From Betaproteobacteria bacterium (GTDB lineage: Bacteria > Pseudomonadota > Gammaproteobacteria > Burkholderiales > Usitatibacteraceae), in contig JAYWAM010000331.1 in the NCBI GenBank assembly GCA_043782425.1, forward strand, positions 1 through 56,095: 56,095 bases of DNA, read 5' to 3'. Under the pieces are notes generated by a model. It was not told where the DNA came from, did not search any database, and was given only the letters and a program-made list of their open reading frames with translations. The first letter of the stretch is position 1; each line of letters opens with the position of its first letter. Of this stretch, positions 46,687-55,156 are shown one piece after another. The translations under genes were made by a program, and so were the position numbers.

Positions 46687-48582
46687 CTATGGTTCGCGAT
46701 ACAGATAACGGGCGCACTGGGCTTGGTTACAGGTGTTCGTGTAAGGATCCTCAACCGTTGGACCAGCCGCGTGACGTAGATTCACATACCAGAAACTCTC
46801 ATTACCCAACTGGCCGGCCGGGGCAGGCAAAATACATGCAGACGGACTGTTGGCCTCTATGGAAGCCCGGTACTTCAAGCTGAATTCCCCGTTGAGTGAT
46901 CCAGGATACCCTTGGGTCTGACAGAATCCGGCAGGCGGAGCGTTATGGAACTCGCAGGGATTTGTGGTGAGACTGATCGAGTAGATTGCGTTATTAGATT
47001 CAAAAACATAAACCCTGCCAAAGAGCCCGCTGGCGCCGTAACCTTGCCGCGCTGCACTGAAGAGCTGGGAGTACGTAATGCGGTATGCCCAAGTTTGAGC
47101 AGCATCTTGGTAGCCGTATGCTGCGCTGTTCGTGATTGAGGCGCCAAAGTCCCCGGTAATATCTTTCACAACACAGTTGGGTGGGAGCACGGCGCCAGTA
47201 GCAACCGTCACCGACGTGCTGGCAGGAGAGCTTGACGCGCCATTGCTCGCCGTGACCGAGTAAGCATACGTCCCGGCCGCGATGCTCTTGGAGAAGGCCG
47301 CAGTCACTATGTTTCCTACACCCGAAACAGCGGGGGAACCTGATCCCGTAGTCCAGGAATAGCCCGTCGGCGAATTGGTGCACGACGCGGTGAGCTGGAC
47401 GGTGGTCGCCGTGCCAGCGCTAACCGATGAGGGGCTTGCAGATAGCGTGCACACAGGCGGGGGAACTGCACTCACTGACACCGACGTACTGGCGACCTGG
47501 CTTGCGCCGCCACTGTTGCTCGCCGTGACTGAGTATGCATACGTCCCTACAACGGCTGTCGCGGGGAAGGCAGCAGTTACTGAGTTCCCCGTACCCGTAG
47601 CAGCGGGGGAACCTGATCCATTAGTCCAGGAATAGCTCGTCGGCGAATTGGTGCAAGACGCGGTGAGCGTAACGGTAGTTGCCACGCCAAAGACGACCGA
47701 ACCCGGGTTCGCGGCCACTGTGCACGTCGGCGGAACTTGCGTCACGTTGACCGTGGTGCTAGCAGGTGCGCCAGTACCGCCGGCATTGGTTCCCGCCACG
47801 GTATAGGCGGTGGTTGCGGCTGGCGTGACCGTGCAAGAGGCGCTTGCACTGGAGCAGTTGGCGCCGGTCCAGACATAGGAAGCGGCCGCCGGTGAACAAG
47901 TAGCCGTGAGAGTAGAGCTGCTGCCTGCGGTAACCGTGCTCGGGTTTGCGCTCAGCGTGCATGCGGGTACATTGTTGAAGGTTGCTACAACAGTGCGCGG
48001 GCTAGTCATGGTGAGAACACAGGCGCCAGCTCCACTGCAATCGCCGGCCCAGTTGGAGAACGAGAAGCCTGTAGAAGCGGTGGTCGTGAGCGTGACAATG
48101 GCGCCAAGCGCAAACGGGGCATCGCATGCGCCCCCAGTATTGGTGCAGTTGATGCCTATCGGGCTGCTGGTGACCGTACCGCCCGCGTTAGCAGCGACGT
48201 GTAGCGCGGTTTGCCCAGAGGTTATGGTTGCCGCTTTCCCCGCCACTACAGCACCGCCATTACCGTTAGCTGTAAAGGTGGAAGTGCCGGTTGTGATGGC
48301 AGTGGTGTAATAAATGTCCTGTGTGGTGGGAGTGACAATAAGATTATTGGCAAGAGTGGTAATAGTGGTTACGGGGGATGCGGGGGGGGCGGACGTGACT
48401 ACAGTTTGGAGCCATGTGATGCTGCTGATTGTAGCTGTGCCGCAATCCGCTTTCAGCACCGCCTGGCCGTTGGCAAACACCGTAACGAGCGACACATCGC
48501 ATGCCGCCCAAGCGGAACCGCATGCCGCCAGCCCCAGCATGGTTCGGGCAGCAAGTTTAATCAATTTGTGGGATAAGTTCAT
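46687..48582 (-). CDS. secreted or lipidated Thr/Ser/Ala-rich protein with InlB-B-repeat-like module and three tandem Cys-containing, possibly Ig-like, modules
   Basis: The start is at the ATG at 48582 (MNLSHKLIKLAARTMLGLAACGS), preceded by GAGGA. Either a signal peptide or an L-A-A-C lipobox is possible. One GGTVTSSPIGINC...CDAPF...FSNWAGDCSG..ACVLTM module is present. It is followed by three ~90-aa repeats (PACTLSANPSTV.., PPTCTVAANPGSV.., PPVCTLSASPSSV..) and a Cys-rich ~165-aa C-terminal domain. Confidence 0.85.
   Translation of the reverse strand: MNLSHKLIKLAARTMLGLAACGSAWAACDVSLVTVFANGQAVLKADCGTATISSITWLQTVVTSAPPASPVTTITTLANNLIVTPTTQDIYYTTAITTGTSTFTANGNGGAVVAGKAATITSGQTALHVAANAGGTVTSSPIGINCTNTGGACDAPFALGAIVTLTTTASTGFSFSNWAGDCSGAGACVLTMTSPRTVVATFNNVPACTLSANPSTVTAGSSSTLTATCSPAAASYVWTGANCSSASASCTVTPAATTAYTVAGTNAGGTGAPASTTVNVTQVPPTCTVAANPGSVVFGVATTVTLTASCTNSPTSYSWTNGSGSPAATGTGNSVTAAFPATAVVGTYAYSVTASNSGGASQVASTSVSVSAVPPPVCTLSASPSSVSAGTATTVQLTASCTNSPTGYSWTTGSGSPAVSGVGNIVTAAFSKSIAAGTYAYSVTASNGASSSPASTSVTVATGAVLPPNCVVKDITGDFGASITNSAAYGYQDAAQTWAYRITYSQLFSAARQGYGASGLFGRVYVFESNNAIYSISLTTNPCEFHNAPPAGFCQTQGYPGSLNGEFSLKYRASIEANSPSACILPAPAGQLGNESFWYVNLRHAAGPTVEDPYTNTCNQAQCARYLYREP
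47200..47967 (-). repeat. three tandem ~270-nt coding repeats
   Basis: Repeats 2 and 3 (about 47200-47733) share long near-identical nucleotide runs, e.g. GGAATAGC(C/T)CGTCGGCGAATTGGTGCA(C/A)GACGCGGTGAGC at ~47357 and ~47630. Repeat 1 is more diverged. Confidence 0.85.
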
Positions 48583-48629
48583 GTTCAATCCTCTATGTGG
48601 TGAAACCGCGTTCAAAATATCCGTTTGAT

Positions 48630-48658
48630 ATTGTACGCCGTGAGATTTCTCTATTCAA
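48630..48658 (-). promoter_or_regulatory. sigma70-type promoter candidate for the repeat-protein gene
   Basis: The minus strand reads TTGAAT, then a 17-nt spacer, then TACAAT (-35 at 48653-48658, -10 at 48630-48635), about 48 nt upstream of the ATG. Confidence 0.45.
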
Positions 48659-49124
48659 CGCCATTTTTCTCTTTTAATCAAGAGAATAATGGTGTTTTTT
48701 GATGTCATTTCTATGAAGCGCCCAATTGGCTGCGCGAATCAGTTATGCGCATAGGCTCAAGATTTTGTTGGGAAGGGTGTTATTCAGCTTAGCAAGGGTA
48801 ACAGCGTGAATCAGATAATCAAGCAGGTTTTTCTGTCGCTTGAAAATTAATGCCGCGTTGGAATAAAAAACGTTCAAGGGCTTTTCTCTCACGATGAAGA
48901 TTACACGAGCATAGATTTATCTTGCAAGCAAACCGATGGTCGGCCAGGTATCGCCGATGAATGGCCGGTATCCCCTAGACCGCAAAGTGTAGCCGCGTTG
49001 GAATGCAATTGATACTGCACAATCTGGAACAGTTCGGCCATTGTGTAAAAGAAGCTCCGATCCATCGGCTACATGCTACACCATATCGGGGCATGGACGC
49101 TTAATGCAATGTGCTGCGTATCAT

Positions 49125-49153
49125 AAAAAAAGGGGAGCACGAAGCCCCCCTTT
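49125..49153 (-). terminator. rho-independent terminator of the 501-aa protein gene
   Basis: On the minus strand a GC-rich stem (49132-49138 / 49144-49150, one mismatch, loop 5 nt) is followed by a run of 7 T (complement of A 49125-49131). It lies 40 nt after the TAA stop. Confidence 0.7.
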
Positions 49154-49192
49154 ACACAACAATTGCTTTTGTGATCGTAACGTAATAACGAT

Positions 49193-50698
49193 TTATGGAG
49201 TGTTGATGGTTGTGTTGAACTTATGATTAAAGATACCACCGTAACCTTGTCCTGAGATTATCGCATTGATCGCAGCGAAGCCGACCATAGGCAAACCACG
49301 ATAACGCTGACCAGATGTCAGACCCAGCGCGCCACTTATGCCACCAGAAGCAACGTTAGTGATTACCGGGTCACCCGTTGCGCTGCCGATAACGGTTTGA
49401 CCGGTCTGAGCACCCGTGGGGGTCAGGCTGATCCAGCCTGCGATGTAGTTAGGAGCAACAGGCGAGCCAACACCGTTGGCAGGTAGCGTTATTGAACCAG
49501 CATTGGCCGATGCAAATACGCTCGACGCGACAGCGGTGCCACCGTTAGGCACAATGGTTACAACTGTCGATTCCCAGCACAGGTTGCCCGTTCCTGCTGG
49601 TGCACCTGCTGGCGCCGGAGAGAACACCGCACCTAGCGTCACAGCATATGGCGCTTCTTCGCGATCATAAGCGGCAACGAACACCGGATCGCAGGATTGA
49701 GCGAGTCCAGCAGCACCTGTGAAGTGATTGGCAAACGGAGCCAAAGCCGGAGTAACGCCAACATAAGAGCGTTTGGTCGGCATAGTGATGACCCAGTCGG
49801 TCTTAAAGCCCGATCTAACGTCATATTCGTTATGCACTTGCGAGTGCTGGAATACAGCGGACACGGCATTGATTGGGTTCGTCCATGTGTCGGTCACGAT
49901 CGAAGGAGCTGCGAGCGTGGACTGGAACACCTGCGAAGTTGCCGGAGAAACGCTCGCCAAGCTCGGTGACGTGCTACCCGGCTCAGTATAGAGGGCGGTG
50001 TCAGAGAAGTTAGCCAGCGATACCGGCACATAGGCAAACTCTGTACCCGTCGTGCCGTTGATAATAATGGCATTGCCGGACAAACCACCAGTGGGCTGCT
50101 GAATTGTGATGCCATTAAGCAGCAGAGCAGGCGCCTGAACAACGGCGCAGTTCGCAGGAGTACCGTTCGCACCATGCTTGACTGCAGTAATAACCGCAGC
50201 CAGAGATACAACCCCCATTTCGATTATTTCGACGTAGCCCTCACGCGTACGATCCAAGCCATCGCCACCACGATCAGCCGTGCCGGCCCCCGCTGTCGAT
50301 CCGCCAGTGTAGTACAGATTACTAAAAGCCTGACCAGCGGCAGGAATTGGGGGAGATGTGCAGGAACGATCTGTGGTGGTTAACGTGGCACCAGCGGGGT
50401 CTTGTGCAACGCTACCGGTCCACACGTCGCGCGGCGACAGGAACAAGTTGAAGTCAAGTACCTCAGCACTGTTCTTACCTTCAAGGAAACGCACTTTTAC
50501 GGCTTTAGTTTCGCTAGTGCTGGAGTTGACGACCGACAAGCTGGTTACATAGCCATTGCGTACCGTGTAGTAAGGATAAATTAGGACTTCACCGGTGTTA
50601 TCGGTTCCTAGGTTCACCGCACCCGCTTGCATGGAAGCGGCTGTACCTAGCCCGGTAACCACAGCAACGTAGAGAGACTTTCTTTTAAAAGCGTTCAT
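49193..50698 (-). CDS. secreted protein of unknown family (candidate abundant surface/exported protein)
   Basis: 501-aa ORF with signal peptide MNAFKRKSLYVAVVTGLGTAASMQAGA and a conserved-looking N-terminal block GEVLIYPYYTVRNGYVTSLSVVNSS...AVKVRFLEGKNSAEVLDFNLFLSPRDVWTG. It is Gly/Thr/Ala-rich and has its own AAGGAG SD, promoter candidate and terminator. Confidence 0.85.
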   Translation of the reverse strand: MNAFKRKSLYVAVVTGLGTAASMQAGAVNLGTDNTGEVLIYPYYTVRNGYVTSLSVVNSSTSETKAVKVRFLEGKNSAEVLDFNLFLSPRDVWTGSVAQDPAGATLTTTDRSCTSPPIPAAGQAFSNLYYTGGSTAGAGTADRGGDGLDRTREGYVEIIEMGVVSLAAVITAVKHGANGTPANCAVVQAPALLLNGITIQQPTGGLSGNAIIINGTTGTEFAYVPVSLANFSDTALYTEPGSTSPSLASVSPATSQVFQSTLAAPSIVTDTWTNPINAVSAVFQHSQVHNEYDVRSGFKTDWVITMPTKRSYVGVTPALAPFANHFTGAAGLAQSCDPVFVAAYDREEAPYAVTLGAVFSPAPAGAPAGTGNLCWESTVVTIVPNGGTAVASSVFASANAGSITLPANGVGSPVAPNYIAGWISLTPTGAQTGQTVIGSATGDPVITNVASGGISGALGLTSGQRYRGLPMVGFAAINAIISGQGYGGIFNHKFNTTINTP

Positions 50699-50723
50699 GG
50701 TTTTAGTTACTCCTTCTTAAATT

Positions 50724-50739
50724 TAAAGTGATCACTTTA
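50724..50739. promoter_or_regulatory. perfect 16-bp palindrome in the leader of the 501-aa gene
   Basis: TAAAGTGATCACTTTA lies 26 nt upstream of the ATG, between the promoter candidate and the SD. Confidence 0.4.
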
Positions 50740-50758
50740 GAAGCTACAACGACAGAAT

Positions 50759-50767
50759 TTTATATCA
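50759..50767 (-). promoter_or_regulatory. extended -10 promoter candidate (TGaTATAAA)
   Basis: The minus strand reads TGATATAAA in an AT-rich spacer ~60 nt upstream of the 501-aa gene start. Confidence 0.35.
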
Positions 50768-50830
50768 GGAATTTTCATTTTACAAATCCTTTATTAGGTG
50801 CATTCCCTTCCTCCTCTGAAGAAGCCCTCC

Positions 50831-51241
50831 TTAACCGTTAAAAACAAACCACCAATTTCCAATGTCTTTTACCCAAATTTCCTCAATAACCGTTGTCACC
50901 TCGCCACCTAGACGACGGTCAGAAAACTTAATCTCCAGCTTGACGCTGCACCTATCAGCCTCGCAGTTTGTCGATTGTACCTTAGCTGGCCGCCAGTTGA
51001 GTAAGCGGATTTTACCTTTGTAAAGCGCCAGCGGGTTTGCCACCTTACTGCCGGGACTCAAGAACTCATAAGCCTTGTCGAGATCCTTTGCTACCAACGC
51101 CCGCCAGCGCGCTTCTGCTCTGGCTGAAACCTGACTCTCACTGCTTGCTGCGCCACTTGAAGCAGTACCAGTGTTTGGTGCGATACCGGCACATCCAAAC
51201 AACGACGCAAACACAGCGAGCAACAAAATTTTCTTAAGCAT
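50831..51241 (-). CDS. small lipoprotein (NTF2/SnoaL-like size), possible secretin accessory
   Basis: 136-aa ORF with signal plus lipobox MLKKILLLAVFASLFGC. It lies downstream of the secretin gene. Confidence 0.75.
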   Translation of the reverse strand: MLKKILLLAVFASLFGCAGIAPNTGTASSGAASSESQVSARAEARWRALVAKDLDKAYEFLSPGSKVANPLALYKGKIRLLNWRPAKVQSTNCEADRCSVKLEIKFSDRRLGGEVTTVIEEIWVKDIGNWWFVFNG

Positions 51242-51569
51242 GTTATCGATCTACACGGGATTGTTAATGCGGCGTCAGAAACCGCAACCCCGCGCAATAG
51301 CGTTCTGCACTAGACGAGAGGCTATTAAATTCTTTCCTTCTCGTCAAACAAAATCGAAAGTAATTTACAACAGTGTGTCTTTTTCGCAACAGGGTTTTCT
51401 TGCTTTTCTTGGCCCTTTACTTAAGTCTCATCACCTTCATTCCGCCTGATGCCACACCCAGCTGCAAATGCCCGCACTCGAAATTCAACAACTGCTTGGC
51501 GACTACGGGGAAGGCAGTATACCGCAAGCACGGCTTGAAAACATTTTTTTATCTGGCACTCGCAGAGCA

Positions 51570-53750
51570 TCATTTTTTATCTGCTGCCGGGGGTGTTTCT
51601 TTCTTGGGTTTTGGCAGCAAACTCTCCAGCGCGGGCAGCTTGCGGCGCAGCTCGTTGGTGACGTCCTGCGCCTGCGACGAATTAGCGACGACCTGGGGCG
51701 TTATCACTACCACTAATTCTGTCTTCTTATCGTAGAATTTCTGGACCCCGAATGCGGCGCCGATGACGGGAATTTTCGAGAGCAACGGCACGCCTCCGCC
51801 GCTTGATGTCCGGTCACGACGGATTAGCCCGGCCAAGGCCATAGTTTCACCTGAGTTCACCGTAACAGATGTCTGAAAGCTGCGCGTGCTGACGTTGGGA
51901 TTGCCGCCTGCGCCCAGGTCTGCCGACGGCGAACTAACTTCCTGATTAATTTCCATCGAGACCTGGCCGCTGGCGTTGATTCGCGGCTGAACCGTGAGCA
52001 GCACCCCGGTCTCAAGATACTGAATGGTTTGGAGCACACCGACCGTGGTGCCGGTTGTCTGACTGCCGGTGCTGACCGAAATGCGATCACCGACTTTGAT
52101 GGTGGCTTTTTGATTGTCCTGCACCATGATGCTGGGGGAAGCCAGCACCTGTACCTTGCCGTCGCTGCCAAACGCCCTGAGTATGCCCCTGATGTCTCCA
52201 TTCAGGGTGTTGACAAGCTGCAAACCTGCACCTGCTGCCGGTATAGCGCCTATTGGCGACGCAGGGAGAGCGCCCCCGGCATTCAATGTACCAGTTGTCA
52301 AATTAGGTACCCCATTGCTGGTTCCGTTGCGTGCATTGATGAACCAATCTATGCCGAAACTCAACTGATCCGTCAGCGTAACTTCGGCAATCAGAACCTC
52401 AACCAGCACCTGGCGCGGCACGACATCAAGCTGACGCAACGCCTGCTCAATCTTCGCGTAATCCGATTGCGAAGCGATGATAAGCAACGCGTTGTTGTCC
52501 TTGTCTGCGACCACGCGCACGTCCTTGGATACCGCCACGCCGTCGCCCTGGAACTGCGTGGTTCCAACCGATGCTGCGGGCTGCTGAATTCCAGGTTGTG
52601 CAAATTGTTGCGGTGAACGAATCTCCGCAGGACGCGCGCCGGGCGCGAGTTGCGGGAAGCTCGAGCCGCTCGAGCCCTTGCCACCGAAAATATCCCCGAG
52701 CAACGCGGCAAGACTTTCTGCTTTACCGTTCTTCACCTGATAGACGTGCAGCCCGCCGCCTGAGCTGGTGGTTTGATCGAGGCGGTCGATCCACTTTTTC
52801 GCCTCATCGAGATAGCGCGGCTGCGTCGTAACGATGAGCAGCGCGTTTAAGCGCTCGATGGGAATCACGCGCACGATGCCGTTGAGCGGATTGCCCGCAG
52901 CGCCAAACACCTTGTCAACTTCGGCAACCAGGGTTTTGACATCGGTGCTTTTGATCGGGAATAAACCCACCGACATACCGGCGAGAAAATCAACGTCAAA
53001 AAGATCAATGGTCTCGAGCAGATGCTTGAGCTCGCGCTGACCGCCGGCAAGAATAATCAGGTTGCGCACTTCGTCGGCACGCACCGCACTGCCATCGGTG
53101 GTGAAGGGCACCAGAATGTCTGTCATCGCCTTGGCGCCGATGTATTTGAGCGGCACCACCAGGATGGAAAATCCGCTGGGCAGCGGGGTGGAGGTTCCGC
53201 CAAGCTGCGGCGTCACCGATCCGCGCACTTGCTGGAACGGCAAAATTTTATACATGCCATCTTCGCGCACCAGTGCAAAGCCATTGGTGCGCAACAGCAT
53301 TTCCAGGGTCGGTATCAGATCCTTTTTGGGGATGCCTTTGGTGGTGCGAAACGACACCGTTCCTGTCACCGAGGGATTGACCAGATAAGGCTCGCGCAAA
53401 TAGGTGCTGAGTATGGTTTCGATCACCTGACGAATATCGACGCCTTCAAAGTTCAGCACCACTTCTTCGGGGCCAGGTACCTCGGGCGTGGTTACCGGCG
53501 TCTGCTTGACCATCGCGCCGGTTCCACTAAATATTCTGGCCTCACCCGCAGGCACTGCAGGCGTTGGCTCTTTAGGTGCTGGCGGAGGCGCTGCATACGG
53601 CCCAAACTTAAGCGCAGGCGTCGGCAGTTTGTCCGTTGGCGCGTCCGCTTGCTTGTCTGATTTCTTGTCCGTTCCCTGGATAGAGGCACAGCCGGTCAGA
53701 GCGAGAACAACCAAAGCCGTTAGGCTGTTTAAGAGCAGATTTTTTTTCAT
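51570..53750 (-). CDS. GspD/PulD-family secretin with N-terminal lipobox (lipo-secretin)
   Basis: 726-aa ORF with MKKNLLLNSLTALVVLALTGC (L-T-G-C lipobox), a Pro-rich linker and an N0-type domain (VVLNFEGVDIRQVIETILSTYLREPYLVNPSVTGTVSF). The C-terminal secretin core reads VQVLASPSIMVQDNQKATIKVGD...VPLLSKIPVIGAAFG. Confidence 0.92.
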   Translation of the reverse strand: MKKNLLLNSLTALVVLALTGCASIQGTDKKSDKQADAPTDKLPTPALKFGPYAAPPPAPKEPTPAVPAGEARIFSGTGAMVKQTPVTTPEVPGPEEVVLNFEGVDIRQVIETILSTYLREPYLVNPSVTGTVSFRTTKGIPKKDLIPTLEMLLRTNGFALVREDGMYKILPFQQVRGSVTPQLGGTSTPLPSGFSILVVPLKYIGAKAMTDILVPFTTDGSAVRADEVRNLIILAGGQRELKHLLETIDLFDVDFLAGMSVGLFPIKSTDVKTLVAEVDKVFGAAGNPLNGIVRVIPIERLNALLIVTTQPRYLDEAKKWIDRLDQTTSSGGGLHVYQVKNGKAESLAALLGDIFGGKGSSGSSFPQLAPGARPAEIRSPQQFAQPGIQQPAASVGTTQFQGDGVAVSKDVRVVADKDNNALLIIASQSDYAKIEQALRQLDVVPRQVLVEVLIAEVTLTDQLSFGIDWFINARNGTSNGVPNLTTGTLNAGGALPASPIGAIPAAGAGLQLVNTLNGDIRGILRAFGSDGKVQVLASPSIMVQDNQKATIKVGDRISVSTGSQTTGTTVGVLQTIQYLETGVLLTVQPRINASGQVSMEINQEVSSPSADLGAGGNPNVSTRSFQTSVTVNSGETMALAGLIRRDRTSSGGGVPLLSKIPVIGAAFGVQKFYDKKTELVVVITPQVVANSSQAQDVTNELRRKLPALESLLPKPKKETPPAADKK

Positions 53751-53795
53751 TGAAACATCCTGATTTTTAAATCCTGAGGTTAGGCTGAATGCCGT

Positions 53796-54569
53796 TTATT
53801 TGCTTTGCTGGCCGCGCGCCGCGCGCCGCCGCGCGAGAATTTCTTCGGGGGTGATCTGCGCCGCCGGTTTTGCCGCCGGTTGATTCGTCCCCGGCAGGGG
53901 TGGCGGCATCGGCGCGGGTGGCGACGCCGTAAAAGGCATGACGGGTGACGGCGCCATACCCGGAGAAACGGGTGGCGGGAATCCCGGCTGCGGCAACCCC
54001 GGCTGCGAATAAGTTGGCTGCGGAAAAATGGAACCTGGTTGCGCAGCAGCAGGGGGGCCGCCCTTGGGCGACCCCTGTGTTTTTATGTCCACATCTTCGT
54101 TATCTGCGCCATCCTTGAGCACCACGCGATGCGCCTCAATTTTGTCTACCGTGATGCCGTTGATTTTGTCGCCTTTACGCACCACATGCGTGCGGTTGGT
54201 GGAAACTTCCTTCAACAAGGCGACATCGCCCAAGTCCTTGGTAATGCTCGTCCCCAGCAACACAAACTGCCCCCTAGGCCTCGTGATTACTTCCTTAACC
54301 ACAGGCGCCGGAGGCGTTGGACGGCGCGCCGGAACAAATATCGGACGCGCGGCTGCTTCGGGGAAACCCTGGTCAAGGGCGGGGAGCTTGAAGGCCGGTA
54401 GCAAGCCGGCGTCAGCAACCTTGGCCGGTTCCATATGCTTGGCCGTGACGCCGCCACGAATTGCTTTGCCCCATTCAAGTTCGAGACCTGCGGCAAACAG
54501 CGCCAAAACAATTGCCGCAGCAATCAGGGCAGATAAGGCATAAGGCCCGCGCAGAATAGTTTTTATCAT
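53796..54569 (-). CDS. PilP/GspC-like inner-membrane-anchored secretin-interacting protein
   Basis: 257-aa ORF with an N-terminal TM and a beta-rich core (FVLLGTSITKDLGDVALLKEVSTNRTHVVRKGDKINGITVDKIEAHRVVL) typical of PilP/GspC HR domains. It has a long Pro-rich C-terminal tail and a 4-nt overlap with the upstream gene. Confidence 0.65.
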   Translation of the reverse strand: MIKTILRGPYALSALIAAAIVLALFAAGLELEWGKAIRGGVTAKHMEPAKVADAGLLPAFKLPALDQGFPEAAARPIFVPARRPTPPAPVVKEVITRPRGQFVLLGTSITKDLGDVALLKEVSTNRTHVVRKGDKINGITVDKIEAHRVVLKDGADNEDVDIKTQGSPKGGPPAAAQPGSIFPQPTYSQPGLPQPGFPPPVSPGMAPSPVMPFTASPPAPMPPPLPGTNQPAAKPAAQITPEEILARRRAARGQQSK

Positions 54570-55144
54570 GGCCCCACCAGTGCGAATCCCGATACATCCA
54601 TGGTGATAAACAAAATTTCCGGCTCAGGGCCGGGGGGCGCGCGATAAGCAGAGTGCACGTTGGAGCGCACCACCAAATTATCGGTAAATAAATACGGCTG
54701 CGCGCTTTCGATGGCGTGCAGTATTTTTGTGAATGCCGGAACGCTGGCTGCTATCTGCACATTGACTCCAACCTGACGAAAGCGTCCATCATCCTTGTGA
54801 GGCGAAATCTGCAGGGCGGAAAGGCGCCCGCCATTGCCTTCGATCAGATTTTTTGCTACATCCTGCACTTCAGAGGCGGCCAGCGAGGCGCCGGAGTTTT
54901 TCAAAAAACCTGAGCGCGGATCGCGCGCCTTAACGGCTGCAAGCTTAGCCTCCAGCGCCGCGCGCGTTGCCGCGATGCGCTCATAGCGCGCCAATTTATC
55001 GCTGTACTCTTCAATGTACAAATCGTAATGCCGGTGCAACATATACGCTGGCGCGAAAAAAATACCCAGCACTGCAACGACGGCCAGCACCAGTAAGCCC
55101 ACTGCCAGCGCGCGACTTTGTTTGGGAGTCATCACAAATACCAT
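54566..55144 (-). CDS. GspM-like (subtype b) / PilO-like assembly protein
   Basis: 192-aa bitopic protein with a TM near the N-terminus, a coiled-coil and a ferredoxin-like C-terminal part. Its position between the PilN/GspL-like and PilP/GspC-like genes supports the call. Confidence 0.65.
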   Translation of the reverse strand: MVFVMTPKQSRALAVGLLVLAVVAVLGIFFAPAYMLHRHYDLYIEEYSDKLARYERIAATRAALEAKLAAVKARDPRSGFLKNSGASLAASEVQDVAKNLIEGNGGRLSALQISPHKDDGRFRQVGVNVQIAASVPAFTKILHAIESAQPYLFTDNLVVRSNVHSAYRAPPGPEPEILFITMDVSGFALVGP

Positions 55145-55156
55145 CGCCTCAAATCC

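Noticed and set aside
48616-49192. I looked for a sigma54 (-24/-12) promoter or a hidden small gene in the long spacer upstream of the repeat-protein gene.
   Set aside because: TGGC-containing strings (e.g. TGGCGTTGAATAG on the minus strand) do not have GC at the correct 10-nt offset. The only track ORF (49041..49226) overlaps the terminator and the end of the 501-aa gene and has no coding features.
46687-50698. I looked for PEP-CTERM/exosortase sorting signals on the two secreted proteins. The EpsD-like PPIase, AsnB-like gene and sugar transferase are typical of PEP-CTERM loci.
   Set aside because: Neither protein ends with a Pro-Glu-Pro motif followed by a TM helix and an Arg-rich tail; they end ...CARYLYREP and ...KFNTTINTP. 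No exosortase-like membrane protein (no YSHG-type motif) is present in the window.
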